From contig NW_024704742.1 in assembly GCF_018977255.1 (NCBI RefSeq), positions 96,288,001 through 96,352,000 of the forward strand: a stretch of DNA of 64,000 bases, in the 5' to 3' direction. Within the stretch, counting starts at the first letter, position 1; every line of letters begins with the position of its first letter. The notes under the pieces were generated by a model. That model worked only from the letters and a program-made list of their open reading frames with translations, had not been told where the DNA came from and did no database searches. Shown in pieces: positions 25,850 through 39,150 of the stretch. A program made the position numbers and the translations under genes. The stretch comes from Callorhinchus milii. Its lineage: Eukaryota.

Positions 25850-27610
25850 GTTGTGAACCAAAGTGAAATTTGTGAAGTGTTAAATGAGGGAATCATTAAA
25901 CAATAAGGGAGAGTAAAATACATTGGAAGCAAGCAAATGTGATTCCCATATTCTAGCAAAGTCAGACATGTACTTGGCAATATAGACCTGCTAGCCTGAC
26001 TGATCAGCCAGCAATTAATTGGAAAACAAATGGAATCCGAAGCAAAACTTGCATGAAAGTACAGCAAAAAAATAGCTTTGGAAAGTATAGATCTTACCTG
26101 ACCTAACTCATTTTTTTTTGAGTTGTTGATATCCCAATATGACAGTTTAACTAGACTTCTGAAAGGCCTTGATGAAGTACCACAGGAGAGACTCTTACAA
26201 ATTTAATGTCAGTGAGTATCAGTGTAAAGCATGCAGGCGGATCAGTTACTGACTAAGAAGAAAGTCGTCAGAAAGTGAACTAGGTTGAAATGGATTGAAT
26301 AGGATGCCTTGGGGATCTGTGCTGAGATTCCCTCTGTTCCTGGTAACATAAATGCAAGGTAGTTCAATGTGCTGATTGCATGAAGCTATGGAGGACTGGT
26401 GGAATTGAGGAGGCAGCCAAAATCTTACAAGAGCCCGACCTGGCATCACCTGAGTTAAGTGCTGTCAAATGAGGTTCAATACAGATACATGTAAGGTATT
26501 GAAGGTGCGAAATGTAATTTGTGAAGTAAAAATAGGAGGCACATGCATGGAATAGAACTGGAGATGGAGAAGTTGAATGAGACCTAAAGGTGTTAACTGA
26601 TGAATGTCAAAATAGTGATAGGCAGAGATAAACAAGACAAACGGGGTGTTGTCAAAAGAGTACAGCTCATATTCTCCAAAGTCATTTTTAAGTGGCACAG
26701 TGGTCTAGTGGGGCTTCACATGAATACTTCTACAGGTCTAGTCATCCTGACATAAAGGGGCCATTCTAGGCTTGGGAGGCAAGCAATAGAGACGAAAGTG
26801 ACAAGGCTGATTCCAGTGTTAGAGACTATGGCTCTTTAGCCTCAAAAATAGATGTTTCAGAGAGAGATTTATAAGAGTATAAATAATTCCTGCATTTGAT
26901 ATACAGTCTTATCACATTCTGAAAACATCTCAAAGTGCTTCCAAGGATTTTACTATAAAGTCTAGCATTTGTGTATTTGTGGGTAGCAGCTTATTTGCAC
27001 ACAGCAAAGTCTCATAAACAAACATGAAATTAATAAATTTTATTTGGAGGATTGTTGGGTCAGAGCTCCAGGAGAAACTCCTTTTTCTTTTTGAATATTG
27101 CCATGGGATTTTTAACATCCACCTGAACAAACAGATCGGGCCTTGGTTCAACATGTCATCCAAAGAATGGCAACTCTGACAATTCAGGGCTCTCCCAGCA
27201 ATGCACTGAAGTGTCACCCTAGACTATTAACTCAGAGTCCCGACTTGGATCTTATATCCATAACCTTCTGATTTGGTGGGAGGGGGGAGTGTTCTACCAA
27301 TTAAGCCAGGTTGATGCTTTCATCAAGGCAGTGGAAGAAGGCACAGGTTCAGTGTTTGTGAGTGACCATTTTAGGCACCAGGAAGTATTTCATTATGTAA
27401 AAAGGTAGTTAACAGCTGGATCAGGTTACTAGTAGTAAGGGTGATTGTGGCCAGGGCACTGGATTCATTTGCAAAACAGTTTGATGTTATAATGGGAAAT
27501 AGCTGGAGTAAAATAAAATCAAATGTGCCAGGAGTCTTGTCAATCAAAACTCTCAAAAGATACAGATAAGAGACAAACAGTCCAAATGCTTTTTTTGTTC
27601 TCGTAAATGG
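25850..27610 (+). mobile_element. Heavily decayed CR1 ORF2/3' end, interrupted by a SINE
   Basis: Remnants of DF.KAFD.VPH (gacttctgaaaggccttgatgaagtaccacag), GSVL (ggatctgtgctg) and QMRFNTDTCKVL. Confidence 0.7.
26881..27315 (-). mobile_element. Deu-domain SINE, full length
   Basis: Tail at 26881; ccatgggatttttaacatccacctgaacaaacag; head ctaccaattaagccagg. Confidence 0.85.
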
Positions 27611-30600
27611 TGAAGGTAACCTTAGAGATATATTTCTGTGACTTCTGAAAATTGCAGCCCCCAAGATATTGAATGATTTCCCTTATGAACCTCGATGATG
27701 TAGCTATAAATGTAAGTGGGACAGAGTGAATTATCCAATTATTAATGGTCTTCAGTGCAGACAGCTTAACCTAGTGGTAGCTGCCAATAGATACTGTTAG
27801 CTATTCCACTGCAATTCTAGAGGCTTCTTTGTCTAACTAATGGCACAAGCTGACCTGCACTTATCTTTGCCACTCACGCTTCTGTTTTGATTAGCATCTG
27901 CAGCCCCGGCGTAAGCTTTCACTCTGTCAGCATCAAACCTCCTTTCAGCCAGGGTGCACGAGGGGTTAAATCAGACAGGGTCTCACCCTGAACCACAGCA
28001 GTCAAATCTCATCACACTCAACAGCAATAATTTATGGTTTAATCTCGCAAGCAGTCGTATTAAATTAATATTACTCATCAGAACAGGCTTATTAATAAAA
28101 CAAGCTGAATTAGTCACTGGAGAATCATATTGAGAAATTCAATGACAACTTTACATTTTTAATAAGGGGCAAAAATATTATTGCAGAGCATGTGGTACAT
28201 AGAAATGTTGTCAAATTTGACATTCATTAATATTTAAACACTTTTGCATAATATGACAGGCCTGAAAATTGATATTCTTTTCTTCTAATATTTGGAAGAG
28301 TTTTGAATAGTAAATAAAACGAGATAACAAGGTGTATCAAGTCACACTTCAATCTTTGATCATTTTAATCACGTTCTGAATTATTCAGAGCTTACGGTCT
28401 CTCCAGTCAAATTCATTAGAAAATGCATTAAACCACAGTTTCAATCATTTGAGGCTTTGGACTGTATTTTTATGAAGGTTTATTTGATGCACAATCTATC
28501 CCCAGCTAACAATGTCTAACGAAACAAACAGTCATGGAATGACTGAGGAGACTAATGTCAACATTGTGGTGAATTCAGATGCAAATATTAAAGGAACTAA
28601 TTTTTTGTTTCATTCATATCAATATTAATAATCTTTCCTGTTTCTATTCAATTTTCCAGGCTGATATTTCATAGTTTTGACAATATTGCCATGACCATAT
28701 TAAAATGTAAATACCCATTCCACCCAGTAGAATTGTGTGCAACTAATTCATCAACTTCCCTGTAACAGAAATGCACTAGGGAAATTCACACTGCACTTGT
28801 ACTGCTAGTTATGACAGCAATTTTAATATTTTGGATTTTTGGGGGACTGACTTTTAATACATGTCAGCAGCCACTTCCACTCAAGTGGTCCAAATTGAAC
28901 CTTGTCTGCTGTCATTTCATGAAAATAACTGTCCCAGATATAATGCTCACCTTCACTTTCTGTTCATTTCTGAAAGAAAAGTCCTATGGTCCACATCAAG
29001 AAGGAATACGATATGCCCCTAGGCTCAGTAGTACCAATCTCAGATCCCTACCCCACGCTGCACTGCTCTACAATTTTAATGTTCACAGGCCCGTGAGTAA
29101 AATCCTATTCACCAGACTAATGATCTAACCCTCTTTTGGAAATGGTGTTGTCAAAATAAGCAGAGTTAACACCTTCGTCATAAATTTGATACCAGAGCTC
29201 TGCACAAGGCAAGTTTACAAGCAACAGGTTTTAATCACTCCTAGACACTACTCCGTATGAAGGGCACTATATAAATGGAAGTTGTTGTTGTTCCAAAGCT
29301 ATTCATCTGGACTATCTTACAAGTTGGTGGAACTGGTACTGTCACAGGCTGTGGTGTAATTGTGTGCCTGAAGATAGCTGTAATACAGATGTCTTTAGCA
29401 CAGTTCCTATGCCCTTATCTCCTGAGTTAAATTGCTTGCTGATCGATACAGGCCACCCTATTTTGTGCAATGTTACTAGCGGTCATTATAAACTGAAACG
29501 TGACTCAAAATTTCAGCTTTGTGGCCTGCTGCAGACATTTTTATATACTGCAGAACTTACCTCAACAGGAGTGTCACCCCAGCTAATACGTGTAATATTT
29601 GTAATATTTTTTATTACTTGTTTATTTTTGAAAAATGAAGTGCTTACCACACAGGTTGGAATTACCACTTCCTGTTCACTGGTAATAAAATGGCTGCCGC
29701 TGAGGATAAAACCACCTCAAGAGGTCATTATGTTATTTTATTTGTGTGGCTACAAGGGAATCTTAGAAATTTATGTCTGAGTCGTTTTGCAACTCAACAA
29801 AAAATAACGTGAGAAATTCAACAATAACGTTTCAAAGGAACAGGCTGAGCGGAGTCCAGAGTGATCAAAAAACATTCACACGTAACCCAAAATAGACCAA
29901 TTTGGATGGCTTTCTGTTTTGAATTCAGTCCTGTTTTCATTGCGAGCTTATATTCCCCCTTATAGACATCTTAGAATTTAAAACAGCTTTAAGTCATTTA
30001 CACCTAATAATTTGAGGGTGAAATAAATCCTGAAAATAGCACCTTAGAGAGGAAACACGGTTGATTTGTGACTGAACAGCTGCAAGATTTGTGACCAAAC
30101 AGCTTCCAGAGTGTTTCTTGGTCCCTCGAACCCTAGAGATTTCCGTGATTCCTCAAGTGAAAATAATTCTCAGTAACAAATATTCTACATGAGACACGTC
30201 TAACTGAGATGAGACATTACGCTTTCTATACATTTTCAAATTGGGGGACACATTTCCCTAAAAGTAGCTGGGCATATTCTCTAAACATCATCAGACTGTT
30301 ACATTTAATTGCAGTGCAGATGCCAGGATGTAGACAAGAATATATTCTGTATACAGTGAACAGAAAGATCCCAAACAGCTTTGACATTGAATAATTCCCT
30401 TTGCTGTCTGTATTTCTTCTAGCACCTAACACACATTTTTGACACTTTCCCCCCTTGCTGACAGCAGTAAAATAGACATGCAAGATACACAATGTGCTAT
30501 TTTGCTGCTTTAATATAAATCTTTCAACTTCCCCCACCGACTTCCTCTGCATTTGCAAACCAGAACCCTTTCTGCTGAATTTAATTGATTCGACTTTTTA

Positions 30601-31669
30601 AATATCGCTCCTGATAATAAGTGATTTTATATGTTTAATTGTTGTTAAGCAACAAAGATCGACAGCAAAAACATTTAATAGCATTAAAACAAATCAACTT
30701 TTTAAGTATTCCTTTACTCCTTCCAATGTCTGATGATATGGACTGTGTATTGCAGTCCTCAGCTAATTGCATCCTCTCCTCTCTCCCTTGACAAGTTATA
30801 TGCATTGTGCTATTTACCCATTGACTTTAGTGTTCCTCATGAGACCGCGGGTAAGTGTCTCTGCTCTGATTCTTACTGAGAGCTATATGTTATCCCTGAA
30901 ACTACCCTTCAGTCACAGATTCCCAGAGGAGGAGACTTTTGTTCAGGGCAATTGGGTTCAAATGCTGGTTTTACTTTTTTATTTAGCAATTTTTAATGTT
31001 TGGGAGGGGGAAGGAGATGGCATGAACCCCCATCATGATCTTACAAGAGGACACCACACCTGACTATGTGCCACCGTACCTGTCATCTCAATAGTTATTC
31101 TGGAGGATCAGTACAGATCATAACAAATAAACAGGCAGCCAGGTGATTATTAGGTTGGTTTTATTATTAGAAGGTTTCATGTCAATTCACTGTGAAAGTA
31201 ACAAGTCGATACAAAACATGTGGCACATTTAAATATTCACTAGAGTGATCTGAAAATGATGCAACTTACAATGGCTCCAGCTTTATGCTGTTTCCTGCTT
31301 TTTGTTGTCTCCACATTTATGCTTACACTGACTCCAGCTTCACACTAACTCCAGCTTGACAATGAAATGTTGCATTTCAGCCAACCCTCTGTGGAGGTCT
31401 CAGTAGTCTAGTTCCTGAGCCAGACAGATCTGCAGCAGTCCAGAGCACTTCTGATGAAAGAGCAGCTTGGTTTATTGTAAGGATTTGGAAGGGCAGACCA
31501 GTCACTGGGGGCCTGGATTATTCCCACTTGGCTCCTGTTAACCCTGCAAATCAAAGCCCTAAAAGGTAGGGTGGTCCCAGCTGAATAAGCAACAGGAAGC
31601 TTGCCAGACAGTACTTTCAAATGGCAAGCTATACTATTTTAGCTGGTAAAACTCAAACAGTGCCCCAAC

Positions 31670-31980
31670 AGACACTTCACAGAATATACTGTAAAGTGAA
31701 TTGACAGTATATTTTGTGGGCAAAACACAGCAGCCAATTGCTCACAGCAGTGTTCCACAAACAGCTGTGGATTGAGTGACCAAATGTTTTTTAAAAAGGG
31801 AATACTACTCCCGGAAAAGCAATCCGCCAATCGACTAGCAACTGGGTTCCTACTTACTACTAGGTAAACAGAGGCGGGTGGTGTAAGGAAACTTGCCCAA
31901 CATTGTGCCCTGCCCAGGATTTGAGCCCATGTTCTCTCGCTTGCGAGGCAAGTGCTCTAACCACTAAGCTACAGGACTCC
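31670..31980 (-). mobile_element. tRNA-Ala-like SINE (long subfamily), tail missing
   Basis: ...ccactaagctacaggactcc head; long internal block present. Confidence 0.85.
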
Positions 31981-32778
31981 ATTGTTTAACATCTATTTAA
32001 ATAAATGCATCAATGGTGCATTTGTGGTTGAAACCATTCTGACCTCCCAGCAATGGGATGAGGAGCACATGTGTGGAGTTAAAGAAAAAACAAGGCTTAA
32101 AATTTCATTTAAACAACAATTGGGAATAATTTCCCTTCTTGTTTGTTTACGCTCAGCTGAAGCAGATGGAGGAAGGATGGATTCTGTGAATAGCTACAAG
32201 GACATTGCAAACTGCATTAGATCCTAAACCGCAGATAAAGGGGAATGACAAAATACAATGATCTTTGTATGAGCAGTCATCTAAAGAGTGATCTGTCCTT
32301 AAGGCGTTTGGTAATTGTTTTTTTTATGCTGGAATTGTTTAAATAGGCAAGGTTAGCCAGCCAGTTTTTTTAAATCTGACTGGACCACTGACAGCCAAAG
32401 AAAGGGCACAAAAAGCTCCTTTGTTTAACATCTATTTGATTAAACCACATAAGGAATCCATCTTTGTACTTCTTGTATCAATGGTAGCAGAATGCACCAT
32501 TTGTGAAGTGCACATTCCTCACCTCTGATAGTGCTGCCCCTTTATAGTTTGGGTTAATGAAACATGCCTCTTTCATGGGTATGGAAAGCCTGTTCTCCAG
32601 TTTTATTTCCAGAGTGGCTTTATTTGTTTTCTTGTTGCCCCATTATTCAGGCCTTCGCTGTGGAATCTGCATTGATTCTTTCTATTTGTTCAATTAACTC
32701 ATAGGAATCACTGTGCTAAGATAGCAACTTTTTCCTCTTCTGAAAATAAACTCTTTATACTGTGGCAGGAGTGGGTAA

Positions 32779-33126
32779 AATAATAATAATAATCCTTGCA
32801 TTTGACGTCTTCTAGACGTCTCAAAGTGCTTCACAGAATATATGTAAAGTGAATTGACTGTATATTTGTGGGTGAAACGCGGCAGCCAATTGCGCACAGC
32901 AGTGTCCCACAAACAGTCGTGGTTGAGTGACAAAATTATTTTTTTGAGGGATTATTATTCCCAGAAAAGCAATCCGCCAATCAACTAACAACCAGATTCC
33001 TACTTACTTCTAAGTAAACAGGCATGCGGAGTAAGAAAACTTGCCCAACATTTCGCCCTGCTGGGAATAGCACCCAAGTCACTGTCTTGTGAGGCAAGTG
33101 CTCTAACCACTGATCTACAGGAATCC
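32779..33126 (-). mobile_element. tRNA-Ala-like SINE (long subfamily), full length
   Basis: (AAT)n tail through to the head at 33126. Confidence 0.9.
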
Positions 33127-33218
33127 ATGTATATATTTAGATTCCTTCTGAGTTGAAACAAGCAACTTGGGTTCCATGCACTTCTGTCCTTAAGATCACA
33201 GAATTAATGTTTCCACAT

Positions 33219-34468
33219 AAGTAATAGTAATAATCCTTACATTTGACATTTCACCTTTCATGTCAGGAGGATGCCTCAAAGCACTTCACAGGAATTACTG
33301 TAAAGTGTAGTAATTCTGTACTTGTAGGCAAACAAAGCAGTGATTTTGCACACAGCAATGTCCTCATAGATATCAATTTCATCCTGGGAATTTTTGGCTG
33401 TGACGCCAGAAGAAACTTCCGCCTCTTTTTGAATAGTGCCTTGTACACCTAAACAGGTAAACAGAACCTTACTTTAACAGAAGGGACTTCAGTTTAACAT
33501 TTGAAGGATGGCATCTCCAACAACGCAGCATCACCCTAGCACCGTATTGGAGTGTCAACTCACGTCAGCGCCTCCGCACCTCAGGCGCTGACAGCATCAG
33601 CATCCAAAGCTGCATTCTCCACCTCTCAAAGCCAGTCAGGAACCTTGGCGTTCTGTTCGACCCTGAGCTGTCCTTTCTTCCTCATATCCGCGCCAAAACT
33701 GGCACCTCCTTCCACCACCTCCGAAACATCGCCAGACTACGGCACTACCTCACACCTCACGCTGCTGAAACTCTGGTCCACGCCTTTATCACCTCAAGGC
33801 TGGACTATGGGAACTCTCTCCTCGCCGGCCTTCCCGGCACCTCCCTCCACAAGCTGCAGGTCATCCAGAACTCTGCAGCTCGTGTACTGTCCCGCACCAG
33901 GTTTCGCGACCACATCACTGCCACCCTCGCTCGCCTCCACTGGCTCCCCATCCCCCAGAGGATCGAATTCAAGATACTCATCCTCACCTACAAGGCCATT
34001 CACAGCCTTGCTCCCTCCTACCTCTCCGACCTACCATCCCCTTACTTACCTGCCTGTACCCTCCATTCCTCTGGCTTCGGTCTACTCCACATCCCCCGCC
34101 CCAACCACCCTAACATCGGTGGCCGGGCCTTCAGCCTCTCGGCCCCTAGGCTCTGGAACTCTATCCCCCAGTGCCTTCGCCTTGCTTCCTCCCTTTCCTC
34201 CTTTAAGGCCGGTCTCAAGATCTTTCTCTTTGACCGTGCCTTCAGCTCCCCTCTCGACTCTCTACCCCCTCCTCGCTCCCTCCCTTCCCTCCCCTCACCC
34301 TGACCATTTCCCCCTTGCTCAGGTCCTGACCCAACTGTCCAATGCCTTGGGATGTCTTCCCAACATGAAAGGCTCTCTATAAATGAAATCTTGTTGTTGT
34401 TGTTGTTGATGGAGCTGGAACCCACAGCCTTCAGACTCAGAAATGAGAATGCCACCAGCTGAGCCAGT
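33219..34468 (-). mobile_element. Deu-domain SINE split by an L2 insertion (tail/body 33219-33560, head 34410-34468)
   Basis: Body stops at tggagtgtcaactc; head gaacccacagccttcagactcag...ctgagccag follows the L2. Confidence 0.75.
33562..34407 (+). mobile_element. L2 3' fragment, CpG-rich (young)
   Basis: RT C-terminal motifs in an alternate frame (RLDYGNSLLAG, LHWLP); (ttg)n tail. Confidence 0.9.
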
Positions 34469-34619
34469 TCTGAGCTGGGCTCCTTGGGGAAGGTTTGCAC
34501 CAAGTAAAACACTTTGTCAAGGAGCCCAGCTCAGAACACATACTCGTACTTGTCAACTCTATGGATTTTCTCCATAGACTATGGATTTTTAGGTTCATCT
34601 ATGGGTCTACAGGGAAAGG

Positions 34620-35070
34620 CGTCAGATTCGCCCCACAGCTTCCTTCCCCAAATCTGGTCCCTGATCAGGACTGCCTTCCTCCACCTCCGCCACATTGCTC
34701 GCCTCCAACCATACCTTACCCCAGATGCAGCCAAAACACTCGTCCATGAGTTCAACACCTCCTGAATCAACTGCTCAAGTGCCCTCTTTGCTGGTCTCCC
34801 CAGGTCCACCAAGCACAGATCCAGCTGATCTAAATCTCCGCCGCCCACATACTTACCTGCACTAAACTCCGTATCCGTTGGGATGTCCTCCCAATGTGAA
34901 AGGTGCTATACAAATATAATCTTGTTGTTGTTGCGGTATCCCATCACACAATTTCTAGACAGGCTCCACTGACTCCCTATCGTCAAACAGATCGATTTCA
35001 AGACCCTCCCACTCATTTTCAAATCTCTTCATGACCTTCTACATCCCTAACTCTCCGACCTGCATCCATC
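34620..35070 (+). mobile_element. Fragmented L2 with an internal L2 tail insertion (~34875-34933)
   Basis: RTAFLHLRHIARLQPYLT motif in ORF 34514..34765. Confidence 0.75.
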
Positions 35071-37189
35071 TAAGAAAAGAAAATATGAGCAGAATTTCAC
35101 GACAGAACGGTTGAACGAATTTCCAGACACGAGTAGGTGATTGTTATGTTTTTTGTGCAATTTTCAGAAAGGATATTTCAATAGCAAAGGATGGCAAAAA
35201 GGATTTCAGGTATCATGCTCTAACAAAGATCCATATGAAACATATAATCATATGGTTTCAGGTACATTTCAGTAAAGCATTTTATAATATTTGTTATTTA
35301 TTATGAAGTTTTTAAGTACCCCAAAATATGCTACAGTAAATCAGATTTTTATTTCTGAGAGATTTTTTGGAGCAGAACATTACACCAGCTTAAAATTTAT
35401 GATGCCAAAATCTACAGTATTTTTAGTGAACATCTACTGCTTTTTTTTCTTCTGCAAGGTTGGCAAGTATGGGTATTCAACATCTGAAAAATAGATTAGA
35501 ATATTAACCACAAGTGAATGGAGATCTGAGCCAACACCAACAACTTTAATATAGCACCTTTCATGTAGGATAACATTTCTTAGCGCTTCACAATTACACT
35601 AAAACCAGGTACTGACATTGTAATTGTTTGAATTCCAAGAGCAGAAGATAGTGTATAAACTCACAGGATTCAAATAGAGTTGATGTCTAATTTCTCCCAC
35701 AAAATGCACAGTCAATTCACTTTACAGTGTGAAGCGCTTTGAGACATTTCAACAATATGATAAGGCTGTTTAAATTTTTTTTAAATTTTACTTTCAGCCT
35801 GGTCCAGCTTGGTCTGAATTTATTGTATACTGGGTTAGATGTTGAGCAAGAGAGAAGGGAGTGCGGCAGGGGGACCACAGATATGGTCAAAGAGGTAGGT
35901 TTATTGCAGTATATTTAAAGACAGATAGAGACATAGGATTAGAGTAAGGGAGTTCCAGGGGTTAGGGGCATTGGGAGCCTGCTGCCACATCTCCAGAACA
36001 CTTGTATCGTAGCTATTTCAAGTTCCAACACTGGCTTACCCTTTGGACAGTAGGCAAACCAGAGGGGTTAATTTCGTCTGACTACTATGAGGCAAATCTT
36101 CTCTAGCTTGAATATTTTGCAGTCTACAGGCCATATCATCTTTATTCTTTTATTTATAGTGATCCTCATATTCATTTCTCAATAGTCTCTATAGCAGCAG
36201 GAGGAGCAGGCATTGATCTTGCACTTTATCTGTTGCTCTTACATATCCTGAGGTTGAAGCAGCTGGGGAGAGATTGATGCAGACTTGGAACTAAGCCAGC
36301 CAATGTGTGTTTCACTCGTGTGAAATCAACAACAGGAAACTGAAATCTGACAATGTGCAGTAATATCAACCTCTTCTGTAATAAATACAACAGGATGCTC
36401 CTCAATAATTTAATGGAGGAGGAAGGATTGTATCTTTATATTCAGTAATGAAAAATTAAACTGCATGTGAAATATGAGTAATATGAATGCTGCTTCAGAT
36501 TTTCCATAGAGCAGTAAATTGGTGCGACAGGATAAAGCTTCAAGATATGTAATTCTGTGGGAATCAGCAACTACAAAATTAGGGCAGGTACAGATTTTTT
36601 ATTGGTGATTTATGATCAACCATGATTAATTCTTGATTGGAAATGCAAAGTAAAATTCTTGAACATCAGCTCTGTGTAATGTCTTGGTCCTTCAGTCCAA
36701 GCCTGTGCATGCTCAGTAGTTGGTGGTGATGGTGGTGAAAATGGGCTCATTCCCAGAAAGCAGAAATATTAAAATTAACCCTATCACAGACACAGAGTTA
36801 CATTTAATTTGAACAAGATGTATCACAATGTCTTCAATTTATATTTCATTTTGTGAATATTTATCACAAGTATTAGATAACTCATAACAGATCACAAAGT
36901 TAACCCCAATATTACAAAATATAATGAAAATAATAATCCTTGCATTTGATATAGCCCTAATCACGCCATTGAAATGTGTCAAAATGCTTCACACAATTTA
37001 CAGTAAAGTGTAATAACTGTGTATTTATAGGCAACCGCGGCAACCAGATCAAACTGTCCTCCCCCTTCCCTGTCCAATCGGTAAATTAATAAATTAAGAC
37101 ATCGTCAGGATGAAATTTCAATGATGGGATATTTATCACCAGTGTTAAATAACACATAACAGATCACAATGTTGACACCTACATTACAA

Positions 37190-37545
37190 AATAATAATAA
37201 AAATCAGAAACCTTGCATTTGATATAGCATCTAATCAGGTCACTGAAATGTGTCAAAGTGCTTCACATGAGTTACTGTAAAGTGTAGTGCCCATATAGGC
37301 AAATGTGACAAACGATTATCACACAGCAATGTCCCACAAAACAGCCATGAAGTGAATAACAAACCGTTTTATCTGGGGAATTGTCAGTCAGGACACTGGA
37401 TAAACTCCACTCTCTTTTCAAATCATTTAGTGTCCACCTGAACTAGCAAATGGGACTTAACCAAAGGACAGCAACTCTGACAATGCAGCACTCCTCCCAG
37501 CACTGCATTGGAGTGTCAACCAAGACTGTGAGCTCAACTATATGA
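37190..37545 (-). mobile_element. Deu-domain SINE; tail and flank duplicated at ~36855-37045
   Basis: Tail and Deu motifs. Confidence 0.75.
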
Positions 37546-38639
37546 TCAGACAGACCTGGAGCAGATAAGCAATATCTTCACCATGCTATCTAACAATCAC
37601 AAGCTGAGAAAATAGCGATCAGGGGTCCACGAAGGAGGCATTGTACAAACAGACTTGACTTTTCTCAGTTGGATGAATAATGTTACTTTTACCTTGAAGA
37701 GCTGCTGCTGACATCACGGTTCTTTGGCAGCAGTTTTACAAGATAAAGTAGGTGGCAATACCTGCTCCCCAACCACAGAGACCAAATCTCGAGAGGTGGT
37801 AAAGGATGCCTCCTACTGCTTCCTTCCTTGAAGCCTGGCACAATTCCTGGCCGCAGACAAAGTTCTATGTTCCACATCACTGGGCTTCTCCAGAGTCTAA
37901 AAAGAATGAAATGAACAGAAAATAAAGTAATGATTTGTCCTTGCAATGCAACTGTGCAAGTGAAGTTGTTTGAAAGATAGATCTTGTTTTTTCATAGTGC
38001 GTTATCACATCAAAACATCTCAAGGCACTTCACTAAGCAATTACTGACTGTAAAGTGCAGTGACTTGAAGGGACCCCACAATCTACTCTGAGCATTTTGT
38101 GAGATGTATTGTTGGTTACAGAGTGTTCAGCGATTCAGTGACTGAGTCGCTATTAGTGAATCCCATTGCAGACCGCTGCTTTTTCAACCCCAATGGCCCT
38201 AGTGTCTCACTCTGTTCACACTTCAGTAAATTAAACCATACTAAAACAAGTATTCAGTTACAGCAAGGCAAACAGAAACAAAGTAAACCATCATTGCATA
38301 GGGAAATAGAGAGCGAGTGGATTCTCTGTGTGGTAATGGAATGTGAATTCAGTGCAGTCACAGTAAAAGTAATACCTGAAGCACTAACACTTATAGGGAG
38401 AATGTTCTCTTTCCACTGTAAACTCTTTCCCAGTCACCTTATCATATTGCTTGTTAACTCTGATACAGTGGGTACTACTCTGACAATAATTCTCTTTTAA
38501 AAGGAAACCATAAAACAAAGCACACAGTCAACCATGGTGTGATCCAGGGCAGTTGTATTGACGATGTGTTGGTTCATATTTTATTTTCCCCTTGGTCATT
38601 GATAAAATAAATGCTACTTCATTCGATTGTGTGGCTAGT

Positions 38640-39150
38640 TTTTCATTATCACCTCTTCAGTGTTGTTTTGCACATAGAGGAGTGCGCCAATAAAGTCCAT
38701 TCCTATTGATTCATGTACCGTCACAGTGCTTCCTCCAATGTCATGTCAGTGCTCCCGAGAGCCATGTTGATTCCATCTGTCTCTCTCCACTATTACTCTT
38801 TGGATTCTTTTTCTCCTATCACTCTGCCAAGGCAGCCATCCTAAAGACCTACTCGAAATGTTGCAGCAATTTTGCTCTTTACCTTGCTTCTACATTGCTA
38901 CTGCTGTCCAGCCACATTCTCTTCAATGCATTGGGTGGACATTGATGGCCCAAGGGTTTTACAGTCGTCTCATCTGTGTCAGGCTATTGCGTTCTGTTCC
39001 ATTTATCATTGTCAACTTATTTCAATTCTTTTTCTGGTCTTCATGGACATGTCATGCTTGGCCACACTTATCCATCTGAATTGTATGGTTTGCCCATGCG
39101 ATCCTGCAGTCCATAAAATTGCACAGGTACGTTTGATCGAACATAATCTG
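38640..39150 (-). mobile_element. Possible very old RTE-like LINE 3' remnant
   Basis: Minus strand gives DGINMALGSTDMTLEEAL*RYMNQ*EW, which only loosely resembles an RTE C-terminus; heavily disrupted. Confidence 0.3.

Noticed and set aside
31328..31362. Short direct repeats (also ~39615, ~39730, ~48645)
   Set aside because: Ordinary 10-21 bp slippage duplications
33552..34382. 276-aa Ser/Pro-rich ORF
   Set aside because: Off-frame reading of an L2 fragment; low stop density reflects C-rich composition
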